Shown here piece after piece: positions 1-11,541 of a stretch of 64,000 nucleotides of DNA. The DNA is from Mobula hypostoma. Its lineage: Eukaryota. Numbering within the stretch: position 1 is the stretch's first letter; each line of letters starts with the position of its first letter. The DNA is taken from positions 254,574,001 through 254,638,000 of the forward strand of contig NC_086097.1 of assembly GCF_963921235.1 (NCBI RefSeq), read 5' to 3'. A program made the translations under genes and the position numbers. The notes below the pieces were generated by a model. It searched no databases. It saw only the letters and a program-made list of their open reading frames with translations, and was not told the origin of the DNA.

Positions 1-582
1 AGGATGAGATTATGAAGTACTTGGCGACACAGGACAATAAAGAACAAAGTCAGCATGGTTTCTTGAAGGGAAAATCTTACCTGATGAACCTGTTGCAATC
101 GCATTGCTTTGTCAGCACTACCTACCCCTCCACCTATCTTTGTATCATCTAAAAACATTACCACAAAGCCATCAATTCCATGATCCAAATCATTGAAAAA
201 CAATGTGAAATGCAGCGGTCCCAATACTGACCCATGAGGAACACCACTAGTCACTGGCAGCCAAGCAGAAAAGGCCCCTTTTATTCCCACTCACTGCCCC
301 CACAGGATAGAAGGATGTCCAATTAGAACAGAGATGCGGAGAAATTTCTTTAGCCAGAGGTGACAAATTTGTGGAACTTATTACCACAAGCAGCTGTGGA
401 GACCAGGTTGTTGGGTGTATTTAAGGCAGAGCTTGGTAGGTTGCTGATTGCACACAGCATCAAAGGCAATGGGGAGAAGGCCGGGGAGTGGGGCTGAGGA
501 GGGGAAAAAGGGATCAGCAGTGATTGAATGGTCAGCAGGCTCGATGGGCCAAATGGCCAACTTCTGCTCCTGTGTCGTATGG
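1..582. mobile_element. CR1 LINE fragments in both orientations, ending in a plus-strand 3' tail
   Basis: Degenerate RT-region sequence (SQHGFLKGKSYL-like) and a CR1 3' UTR. Confidence 0.8.
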
Positions 583-584
583 CC

Positions 585-770
585 CTCTGTAAGGAGTCTC
601 TGTACTCCTGCCCCATGGAATGTGTGGGTTTTCTCTGGGTCCTCCGCTTTCCTTCCAAGGTCCAAAGACGTACCAGGTAGGTTAAATGGTCATTTTAAAT
701 TGTCCCATGATTAGGTTGGGGTTAAGTCGGGGTTGTCAGGGGTTGCTGGGTAGCATAGCTCCAAGGGTCA
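585..770 (+). mobile_element. V-domain (HE1-like) SINE, 5'-truncated
   Basis: V-SINE core GTGGGTTTTCTCTGGGTCCTCCGCTTTCCTTCC...TCCAAAGAC, matching the copy at 14320. Confidence 0.7.
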
Positions 771-799
771 GAGGACACTACATAGACTGCAGCCTCGCT

Positions 800-1330
800 C
801 ACAGACTCATTCAAAGTTATGTGTTGGCCTTCATTAGTCAGGAGGCATTGAATTCAAGAGCCGTGAGGTAATGTTGCAGCTCTATAAGACCCTGGTTAGA
901 CCACACTTGGAATATCGTGTTCAGTTCTGGTCACCTCATTATAGGAAGGATGTGGAGGCTTTGTAGAGGGTGTAGAGGAGATATGGTAGGGTGCTGCTGG
1001 ATTAGAGAAGATGTATTATGAGGGTAGGTTGAGTGAGCTGGGGCTTTTCTTTTTGGTGCGAAGGAGAATGAGAGGTGACTTGATAGAGGTGTACAAGAAG
1101 ATAAGACACATAGGTAGAGTGGATTGCTGAAGACTGCCCCCCCCCCCGCCCCCGCAAGTGGAAACAGTTAATACAAGAGTACATAATTTTAAGATAATTG
1201 GAGGAAAGTATAGGACGGGGTCAGAGCCAAGATTTTTGCACAGAGATAGGCACATGCTTGGTGGAAAAATGGAGGGCTATGTAGATTGCAAACACTAGGT
1301 TGATCCTTGAGTAGGTTAAAAGCTAAAGAA
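800..1330 (+). mobile_element. CR1 LINE 3' fragment
   Basis: Degenerate [18 protein letters not shown] coding sequence. Confidence 0.85.
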
Positions 1331-1374
1331 AGGTACGCTTTGATTCAAATTTACAAGGTGATTACGAATCCAAA

Positions 1375-1700
1375 CCCGAATCAGAATCAGAATCAGGTTT
1401 ATTATCACCGGCATGTGACGTGAAATTTGTTAACTTAGCAGCAGCAGGTCAATGCAATATAGAGAGAGAAAAAAATAATAACAAATAAAATAAAACATAA
1501 TAAATAAACAAATCAATTACGTATATTGAATAGATTATTAAAAAATGTGCAAAAACAGGAATATTGTATATTAAAAAAGGTTAAGCTTTAGAGCTTCAAA
1601 GTCTATATAGGAATCGGATGGCAGAGGGGAAGAAGCTGTTCCTGAATTGCTGAGTGTGTGCCTTCAGGCTCCTGTACCTCCTACCTGATGGTAACAGTAC
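1375..1700 (-). mobile_element. Rex1/Babar-type LINE 3' end with (AATCAG)n tail
   Basis: AATCAGAATCAGAATCAGGTTTATT tail, followed by GAAGAAGCTGTTCCTGAA...GTGTGCCTTCAGGCTCCTGTACCTCC. Confidence 0.7.
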
Positions 1701-2199
1701 TACAGTGTGGGGTTATGGTCTCCACATCTAAGGAATAATCTGTCTGATTGGAAGTGGGCTGATTCCTGGTTGTCACAGAAGATAATTTGAGCAGGTTTGA
1801 CTCATGGCCACTGAGGTGAGACCCGTGGTCATTGACGCTCTGAAGAACGAGATGTGAACTTGCTATAACATACAAAAACCCAAGGGTGGTTGACAAGGTT
1901 AAATGTTATGAGGATGTTTCCCTGATAGCAATATCTAGAACTAGAGGATACAACTGCAGATAGTCACTATCCCAGAGGACTGTGGAGGCAGAATCTTTGA
2001 ATCTATTCAAGGCAGAGATTAATGAATTAGAACAACAAGGAGACTAGTAGAGTGAACAGACAGCAGAGAAGAGGGGCTGAATGGCCTATCCCTGCTTCAG
2101 TTCACTTACATTCTTGTGTAAGATCTTCAATAAAAATCCTACATATTGAGGAATAAATTATACAATATATCAACGTTTATTTCTAATAAGAAATATATC

Positions 2200-2632
2200 C
2201 CATCTAGGCAGGCTTCAAACTGATGGTGTGCACATCAATTTTTCCAACGTCCGCTAATTTTCCACTCACCTTTCCCTCTTCTTTAATTCCTACTCTGGCC
2301 CTTTGCCTCTTCTCCTCACCTGCCTATCACCTCCCCCTGGTGACCCTCCTCTACTTTCTCCCATGATCCACTCTCCTCTCCTTTCAGAATCCTTCTTCAG
2401 CCCTTTACCTCTTCCATCGATCACCTCCCAGCTTCTTGCTTCATCCCCTTCAGCTGATCTCACCCATCACCTTCCAGCTTGTACAGGTCTCGCTCCACAC
2501 CCTCCCGTTCTGGCATCTTCCCCGTCCTTTCCAGTCCCAGTGAAGGGCATCAGCCTGAAACATCGACTGTTTATTCTTTTCCACAGATGCTACCTGATCT
2601 GCTGAGTTCCTCCAGCACTGAGTGTGTGTTGT
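2200..2632 (+). mobile_element. Penelope-like element 3' fragment with a degenerate hammerhead motif
   Basis: Same end structure as 61400-61792: LQPDGMNI-like ORF end, pyrimidine-rich tract and terminal repeat. Confidence 0.7.
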
Positions 2633-3159
2633 TGATGGATTAACGTGTTGTTCTGCATTTTAAACGCACTGTATTATGTTTGGAAACCTGCGTAATCAGT
2701 TGGATAATGGTTGTACTACTTCTTCCCAGGAGATGGATAAGACCTCTGCTCAGTGCTCTGTGAATCTATTACACCATTTTTTCCCCAAAAGAAGTTTCTT
2801 CCTTTGCTGAAGACATCGACGCAAATTGCTGGACATTCTCCAGAATTTCAACAACTGGTCGTTCATCATCTCTACAATTTGGCAGAGAGTGATACCCTAT
2901 AATTCAACTGCGGCCTCCGCACAGCAAAGTCGATCGCAGCAGCAAACATTTCCCACACAAGCAGCAATCCTCACTGGACACTGATCAGAATGGGAACAGA
3001 AGACAATTCCAATCTCCAGCTCTTGAGAGCTCACCTAAGTCAGCATACAACACGGAACAGTCTCAAACCATGTAGTTCAGTATAACATAGTGTTCTGCTT
3101 CTGCACACACAACTGAGGAAAATTGTACTTAACTGTTTACTGAAAATGCTTCACCCTAG

Positions 3160-3570
3160 GTTGAATAGGTTAGGGCTTTATTCTCTGGAGCGGAGGAGAA
3201 AGAAGGAAGATTCAATAGAGGTGTACAAAATTATGAGGGGTATAGACAGGGTAAATACAGGCAAACATTTTTCCACTGATGTCAGGTGAGACTAGAGATC
3301 ATGGATTAAGGTGAAAGGTGAAGTGTTTAAGGTGAACCTGAGCGGGAATTTCTTCACTCAGAGTGCTGAGAATGTGAAACGAGCTGCCAGGAGAAGTGGT
3401 GAATGTGAGTTCAATTTCAACATCTGAGAGAAGTTTGGATAGGTACCTGGATGGGAGGGGTATTTTCAGCTATGGAGACCAAGATGTGGGTGAATGGGAT
3501 TAGGAAGAATAATAATTAGGCATGGACCTGATGGGCTGAGGGCTTGTTAATGTGCTGTAGTGTGCTATGT
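3160..3570 (+). mobile_element. CR1 LINE 3' fragment
   Basis: Degenerate LGLYSLERRR...FFTQ coding sequence plus 3' UTR. Confidence 0.8.
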
Positions 3571-3674
3571 GAATCTTCATTAATGGAATAATTGTCTGCA
3601 TGTACAATCGTTGTCTTACATCCCTTTCAGACACCAGGCATACACTTGCTCAAGGTCTGATTGCAATTATACAT

Positions 3675-3745
3675 CAACACACAATATACTGGAGGAACTC
3701 AGCAGGTCAGGCAGCATCTGTACTCAGCGGTACAAAACTTCCAGC

Positions 3746-3777
<32 letters not shown>

Positions 3778-3812
3778 GTTTGAGATTTCCAGCATCTGCA
3801 GAATCTCTTGTG
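3675..3812. mobile_element. Inverted pair of Penelope-like terminal fragments with an expanded (GT)n microsatellite
   Basis: CTGGAGGAACTCAGCAGG...CCAGCATTGTGTGT...CCAGCATCTGCAGA; (GT)n at ~3748-3777. Confidence 0.6.
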
Positions 3813-4599
3813 ATGCCATCAGATAAGTAACAATTTAGCCCAGAGATTACACTCAAATCTCCCTGTGGCAATTTGATCGCGTTTAGTCCTAATACATACA
3901 CCTGCTCATGGACTATTGGAGACATCAAATTTGTTTTCAATGTTTGGATATTAATTCTGATGGTCTAATTAGCAAATTGGTTTATTATTATTAAATAGAA
4001 CATAGAGCCCGACAGTATAGTACAGGGTCTTCGACCCACAACGTTGTTTTGAGCTTATAAGACATCGGAGCAGATTTGGGCCATTCAGCCCATTGAGTCT
4101 GCTCTGCCATACCATTATGGTTGATTTATTATCCCTCTCAATCCCGTTCTCCTGCCTTCTTCAACCTATTCTGAGATAGCCCTCTGTTTTTTCTATCATC
4201 CACATGCCATGTAAGAGAGTCTTAAATGTCCCTCGGTACAGTGATAAAAGTTTGTTTGGCATGCCATCAATACAAATCACTCCACCACATCAGGACAGAG
4301 TCATAAAGCACTACAGCAGAAACAAGTCCTTAAACTCATCTAATCCAAGAGTCCAAGAGCAGAAGGGAAAAGCAAACAGACAAAAGGTGCAAAGCCCCGA
4401 CAAGATTGTGAGATCAAGAGTTTAATCATAGAGCTCCATTCAATAGTCACAACAGCAGGATAGGCACTGTCCTTCAGGCCTTTTGATCTGGCATCTCCAT
4501 GGCTGGACCAGCACAAACGATTAAAGATTCTCACTCCTAGGAATGTGACACTCAACCACCTCAATCCAAGCACTACAGATATAAATAAGAGTGTATGTA

Positions 4600-5110
4600 T
4601 CACATCGCTTCTCGAAGTGAAAACAGCCCAACACATCGCCAGCACCACCCTACCCACTATCAACAACTTCTGTATATACAGAAAGGTGCCGGAAAAGGGC
4701 CAGTAACATTTTGAAGGATCCCACCCACCCTGCTCATGGACTGTTTGTCCCACTCCCATCACAGGGAGGAGGCTACGTAGTATCCATGCCAGGGCCATGA
4801 GACTCAAAGACAGTCATTTTCCCCAAGCAGTGAGGCTGATCCACACCTCCACCCACTAACCCACCCCTCCACACCCCCAACCACCACTACTTCATCATTT
4901 CCTTTCAAAGTTATGTTCTGTACAGACTCCTGTGCCTAGTGTCACTTTATGGACATACAATCGGTGCATATAATCTGTCTTATGTATTTACAATTATTCT
5001 GTTTTTATATCTATTGTGTTTTTTTATGCTCCATTGGATCCGGAATAACAATTATTCTGCTCTCCTTTACACTTGTGCACGGAAGATGACACTAAACAAT
5101 CTTGAATCTT
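4600..5110 (+). mobile_element. Rex1/Babar-type LINE 3' fragment
   Basis: Degenerate DPTHPAHGLFVPLPSGRRLRSI coding sequence with an (AATCTTG)n tail. Confidence 0.7.
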
Positions 5111-5551
5111 AGAAGGAACTCCTCTGAGTAAAAAAAACTTACCTCTGACATCCCCCACCTAAACATTCCTCCAATCATCTTAAAATGATGTCCCTGATAT
5201 TAGCTATTACCACCCTGGAAAGAAGTCTCTGGCTGTCCTCTCAACCTGTGCGTCTTATCAAAAATAATTAACATCTGGAATTAATAAAGTCCAGATGTTA
5301 ATTATTGTTAGAAGTTTTCAGAAATATATTTTTTGTAGTTTTGCCTTTCAGTCTGCTTCATATCTTGATCAATTCCTGTGAATGATTTTGTGTTAATTTA
5401 TTCTTTCTGGTTCGGAAAACTCCCCTTTTGACATTGTGAAGACACGTTGATAAGGAACCTGCTTGAAGTACTATAGATTCCCCACAGAAGGATGATAAAG
5501 GTTTGCTGAATCCTGCTCACAGAAGGAATAAACGTGTGTGTAGTTGTAAAG

Positions 5552-7175
5552 ACCATAAGACAATAAGACATAGGAGCAGAATTAGGCCATTGCCATTCCA
5601 TCATGGCTAATCCTCGACCTCAGTCAACCCCATAAAACTGCCTTCTCGCCAAATCCTTTGATACCCTGATCAATCAGGAAACTATTAACTTCTAATTTCA
5701 GTATATGCATTCCTCCAATTCACTACATGCTGGCTAAGAAAAAATTCCTTCATACCTCTGTTCTAAAAGGTTGCACTTCAATTTTGAGGTTCCCCCCCAC
5801 TAGTTCTGGATACCCCACCACAGGAAACATCCTCTCCACTTCAATCTTATCTAGTCCTTTCAACATTTGGTAGGTTTCAATGAGATCACCAAGCATTCTT
5901 CTAAATTCCAGACAGTACAGGCCCAGAGCTGCCAAATACTCCTCATATGTTAACCCCTTCATTCACAGAATCATCCTCGTGAACCTCCTCTCGACTCTCT
6001 CCATTGACAACACATCCTTTCTCAGATATGGAGCCCAGACTGTTGACAGTATTCTGAGTGTGGCCTAACTAGTCTTATAAAGGCTCAGCATTATCTTCTT
6101 GCATTTATATTCTATTCCCCATGAAATAAATACCAACATTGTGTCTGTCTTCTTTACCACAGTCACAACCTGTAAATTAACCTTCTGGGAGTCTTGCACA
6201 AGGACTCCAAAGTCCCTCTGCACCTCTAATGTTTGAATTTTCTCCCTATTTAGATAATAGTCTGCATTATGCATTATCATACATTTCCTAGCATTATATT
6301 CCACCTGCCACTTTTTTGCCTATTCTTCCAATTTGTCTAAGTCCTGCTGCAATCACATTGCTTCCTCAGCACTACCTACCCCTCCACCTATCTTTGTATC
6401 ATCTGCAAACTTTGAAACAAAGTTATCAATTCCATTATCTAAATCATTGACAAACAATGTGAAAAGCAGCAGTCCCAATACTGACCCCTGTGGAACACCA
6501 CTAGTCACTGGCAGCCTACCAGGTAAAGGCTCCTTTTATTTCCACTCACTGTCTTCTGCCTGACAGCCATTCCTCTTCCATGCCAGTATCTTTCCCGCAA
6601 TGCTATGGGATTTTATCTCATTAAGCAGCCTCGTTTGTGGCACCTTATCAAATGCTTTCTGAAAATCCAAGTAAATGACATCCACTGCCTCCCCTTTGTC
6701 CACCTGCTTGTTACTTCCTTGAACTCTAACAGGTTTGTCAGGCAAGATTTCCCTTTATAGAAACCATGCTGACTTTGACTTATTTTATCATTAGAGTAGA
6801 GTGGGACTTGCAATCTTCCAGTCCTCTGGGAACTTGTGAGAATTAATTGATTATTGAAAGATCATGACCAATGCATCCATTATCTCTTCAGAATCCTCCT
6901 TCAGCACTCTGGGATGTCATCCATCTCGTCCATGTGACTTATTCACCCTAAGGCCTTTGAGTTTGCCAAACACTTTTTCCCTTTGTAATAGCAATAGCAC
7001 TCACTCCTGCTCCCTGACACTCACAGACCTCTGGCACACTGTCAACCTGAAGGCTGACGCAAAGTACTCATTAAATTCGTCTGCCATTTCTTATCCCCCA
7101 TTACTACCTCACTAGCATCATTTTCCATAGACCAATATCAACACTTTCCTCTCTTTTACTCTTCATATAACTGAA
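5552..7175 (-). mobile_element. CR1 LINE, 5'-truncated and degenerate
   Basis: RT motifs YLDFQKAFDKVP and SQHGFYKGKSCLTNLLEF in broken frames. Confidence 0.9.
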
Positions 7176-7496
7176 AAAAACACAGGCATGGAATTATGCC
7201 ATTTGGCCCATTGAGTCTGCTCCACTATTCAATCATGAATGATGCTTTTTCCCCTCCTCAGCCCCACTTCCTGGCCTTCTCGCCGTAACATTTGATGCTG
7301 TGTCCAATTGATGGTCCATGAAGCTCGGCCTTAAATACACCCAACAACCTGGCCTTCACAGCTACCTGTGGTAACAAGTTCCACAAATTCACTACCATCT
7401 GGCGAAAAAAGAATTTCTCTGCATTTCTGTTGGAAACGGACACTCCTCTGACTTGAAGCTTTGCCCTCTTGCCCTAGACTCCCCCATCATGGGAAA

Positions 7497-8925
7497 CATA
7501 GAAACATTGAAAAATAGGAAATAGGTGCAGGAGTAGGCCATTCGGCCCTTCGAGCTTACACCGCCATTCAGTATGATCATGGCTGATCATCCAACCCAGA
7601 ACCCTGTAACTGTCTTCTCTCCATACCCCCTGACCCCCGTAGCCACAAGGGCCATATCTAACTCCCTCTTAAATATAGCCAATGAACTGGCCTCAATTGT
7701 TTCCTGTGGCAGAGAATTCCACAGATTCACCACTCTCTGTGTGAAGAAGTTTGTCCTCATCTCAGTCCTAAAAGGCCTCCCCTTTATCCTTAAACTGTGA
7801 CCCCTTGTTCTGGACTTCCCCAACATCGGGAACAATCATCCTGCATCTAGCCTGTCCAATCCCTTTAGAATTCTATACGTTTCAATAAGATCCCCCTCAA
7901 TCTTCTAAATTCCAGCGAGTATAAGCCTAGTCAATCCAGTCTTTTAACATATGTGTAAGGGGGTTCGTCTCTTATGTTACTGCGTAGGCTAATTAAAATG
8001 GCTTTTTTGTTATGTTATACTGAGGAATGCTTCTTTGTTATGTTAAATGCTGAGAAAGTCTCTCGCTAGACATTTGCTTGGTTTAATACAGATAGCAGGG
8101 TGCTATTAGCCAATGGGTATTCATGTACTGTTTTTTTTTCGGGTGATAATGCTGTCTCATATGACTGGGAACGGGGGTTTTTGGCGGGGAGTCGGAGGAG
8201 AGACGGAGAGGATGGCATACCATTTGCCTTTTTCACCGCCTGCTGTACTTGCATGCCCACTTTCAATGACTGGTGTATAATGACACCCAGGTCTCATTGC
8301 ACCTCCCCTTTTCCTAATCGGCCACCATTCAGATAATAACCTGTTTTCCTGTTTTTGCCACCAAAGTGGATAACCTCACATTTATCCACATTAAATTGCA
8401 TCTGTCATGAATTTGCCCACTCACCTAACCTATCCGAGTCACCCTGCATCCTCTTAGCATCCTCCTCACAGCTAACACTGCCCCCCAGCTTCGTATCATC
8501 CGCAAACTTGGAGATGCTGCATTTAATTCCTTCGTCTAAGTCACTAATATATATTGTAAACAACCGGGGTCCCAGCACTGAGCCTTGCAGTACCCCACTA
8601 GTCACTGCCTGCCATTCTGAAAAGGTCCCATTTATCCCCACTCTTTGCTTCCTGTCTGCCAACCAATTCTCTATCCACATCAATACCTTACCCCCAATAC
8701 CGGGTGCTTTAAGTTTGCATACTAATCTCCTGTGTGGGACCTTGTCAAAAGCCTTTTGAAAATCCAAATATACCACATCCACTGGTTCTCCCCTATCCAC
8801 TCTACTAGTTACATCCTCAAAAAGTTCTATGATTCATCAGACATGATTTTCCTTTCACAAATCCATGCTGACTTTGTCCGATGATTTCACTGCTTTCCAA
8901 ATGTGCTGTTATCACATCTTTGATA
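7497..8925 (-). mobile_element. Younger CR1 LINE, 5'-truncated, nested in the old CR1
   Basis: ORFs 7587-7835 and 8405-8800 are RT/C-terminal segments. It has a (GAAACATA)-type tail and is flanked by AACAT direct repeats. Confidence 0.9.
7954..8212. mobile_element. Probable LTR fragment interrupting the CR1
   Basis: Non-CR1 sequence beginning TGTAAGGGGG that replaces part of the CR1 RT C-terminus. Confidence 0.45.
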
Positions 8926-9346
8926 ACATCCTTTCCAACCTAGTCAGTCTAGGCTAGTGGTCGCCAACCTGTCAATTGCGATCAACCAGTCGATCTTTGA
9001 GAGTTTCCCAGTAGATCCCGAAAAAAATCAAAAATAAATACACAAATACTGTTGTAATGTGAGCATTATAAAAATAATTAATACTAATTAGGATAATGGT
9101 AATATAGCAATGCTTTAGCTACGGAAAGCTGTTTGTAAAGAGGGATTGTTTCCGGGTTGCTGGGTTTTAGTTCCGTTCTTTCTGCCCAGTGCGCATGTGT
9201 GTAGCTCCCCCACCATGCACCGCGTTTTCAGCGTAGCTTGTGCTGCATCAAAGTGACCAATTAGATTAGATAAGAGTAGAGACTGTCGCAAACATCAATA
9301 TACGGCACTCGCTCGTGATGTCCTGATAGCATGGCGGAGGCTCCAC

Positions 9347-10588
9347 GAAAGAAACACAGAAACATAGAAACATAGAAAATAGGTGCAGGAGTAGGCCATT
9401 CAGCCCTTCGAGCCTGCACCGCCATTTATTATGATCATGGCTGATCATCCAACTCAGAACCCTGCACCAGCCTTCCTGCCATACCCCCTGATCCCCGTAG
9501 CCACAAGGGCCATATCTAACTCCCTCTTAAATATAGCCAATGAACTGGCCTCAACTGTTTCCTGTGGCAGAGAATTCCACAGATTCACCACTCTCTGTGT
9601 GAAGAAGTTTTTCCTAATCTCAGTCCTAAAAGGCTTCCCCTCTATCCTCAAACTGTGACCCCTCGTTCTAGACTTCCCCAACATCGGGAACAATCTTCCT
9701 GCATCTAGCCTGTCCAATCCCTTTAGGATCTTATACGTTTCAATCAGATCCCCCCTCAATCTTCTAAATTCCAACGAATACAAGCCCAGTTCATCCAGTC
9801 TTTCTTTATATGAAAGTCCTGCCATCCCAGGAATCAATCTGGTGAACCTTCTTTGTACTCCCTCTATGGCAAGGATGTCTTTCCTCAGATTAGGGGACCA
9901 AAACTGCACACAATACTCCAGGTGTGGTCTCACCAAGGCCTTGTACAACTGCAGTAGTACCTCCCTGCTCCTGTACTCGAATCCTCTCGCTATAAATGCC
10001 AGCATACCATTCGCCTTTTTCACCGCCTGCTGTACCTGCATGCCCACTTTCAATGCCTGGTGTATAATGACACCCAGGTCTCGTTGCACCTCCCCTTTTC
10101 CTAATCGGCCACCATTCAGATAATAATCTGTTTTCCTATTTTTGCCACCAAAGTGGATAACTTCACATTTATCCACATTAAATTGCATCTGCCATGAATT
10201 TGCCCACTCACCCAACCTATCCAAGTCACCCTGCATCCTCTTAGCATCCTCCTCACAGCTAACACTGCCGCCCAGCTTCGTGTCGTCCGCAAACTTGGAG
10301 ATGCTGCATTTAATTCCCTCATCCAAGTCATTAATATATATTGTAAACATCTGGGGTCCCAGCACTGAGCCTTGCGGTACCCCACTAGTCACTGCCTGCT
10401 ATTCTGAAAAGGTCCCATTTATTCCCACTCTTTGCTTCCTGTCTGCTAACCAATTCTCTATCCACATCAATACCTTACCCCCAATACCGTGTCCTTTAAG
10501 TTTGCACACTAATCTCCTGTGTGCGACCTTGTCAAAAGCCTTTTGAAAATCCAAATATACCACATCCACTGGTTCTCCCCTATCCACT
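9347..10588 (-). mobile_element. Young CR1 LINE, 5'-truncated, inserted in the hAT element
   Basis: Open 312-aa RT C-terminal ORF ([14 protein letters not shown]) with a (GAAACATA)n tail. Confidence 0.95.
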
Positions 10589-10589
10589 A

Positions 10590-11541
10590 TCTAAAGAAGG
10601 CAAAAAAGTACAAATTCCATCCAGAATGGGAAGAGGAATTTCTATTTACCTTGGTGAAAGACAAGTGTGTATGTATATTGTGCCACCAAACACAAGCACT
10701 GACTAAAAGAGGGAATCTGGAGTGGCACCACAACACCAACCACCAGGAATTTAAAGACACCCACCCCCCAAAGAGCACAATTCATGCCAGGAAAGTTGAG
10801 GAGCTGAAATCTGGGTTGAAGGCCCAGCAATCGTTTTTCACAAAACATGCTGCTCAAAATAAGGCTGCTGTTGAAGCATCATTTCGTGTAAGTCACCTTT
10901 TGGCTAAGCACAAGAAGCCTTTTACAGATGGCGATTTATTTAAGGAAGCAATGGCCATTACCGCAGAGACTGTTTTTAATGACTTTAAAAATGAAAACGA
11001 CATCACAACCGCAATACATAATATACTGCTTGGCCCTGCAACAGTGACAAGGAGGGTAGAGTCACCGTCAGAGGACGTGGATATTTTTCACTACAATTCG
11101 ATGAATCCCTGGATGTAATGCAAACAGCTCAGCTGGTTGTATTTGTCAGAATGGCTTTCCAGGATTTTACAACAAAGGAGGACTTCCTCACTCTTTTGCA
11201 ATTAAAGGAGAGAATGAGAGGTGAGGATACTTACAATGAGTTTAAAAAAATATGTCCGTGAAAATGACATCCCCATTCATAAACTGGTGGCAATTACTAC
11301 TGATGGAGACCCAGCAATGTGCAGTGTGCGCGTTGGTTTTATAGCTCTAAAAGTCGGTGCCTACTTTGGGTCAACTTACCTGTGTGAAATTGCATTTTCA
11401 CAGATGAAATTTATTAAATCTAAGTACAGGAGCTGTCTTACTGACAGACACCTCACAGACTGTCTCAGACTGGCTGTCTGTAGTTATGAGCCAAATTTCA
11501 GGGAACGAGCAGAAAGTATTCAGCCCCAGTCATCACACTGA
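10590..11541 (+). pseudogene. hAT transposase pseudogene (frameshifted, central catalytic region deleted)
   Basis: ORFs 10519-11118 and 11221-11541. The sequence jumps from the TDG motif region directly to the C-terminal dimerisation motif. Confidence 0.85.

Noticed and set aside
10519..11541. Possible domesticated GTF2IRD2/EPM2AIP1-like host gene
   Set aside because: It is frameshifted, internally deleted, interrupted by a CR1 and bounded by TIRs and a TSD, so it is a dead transposon.
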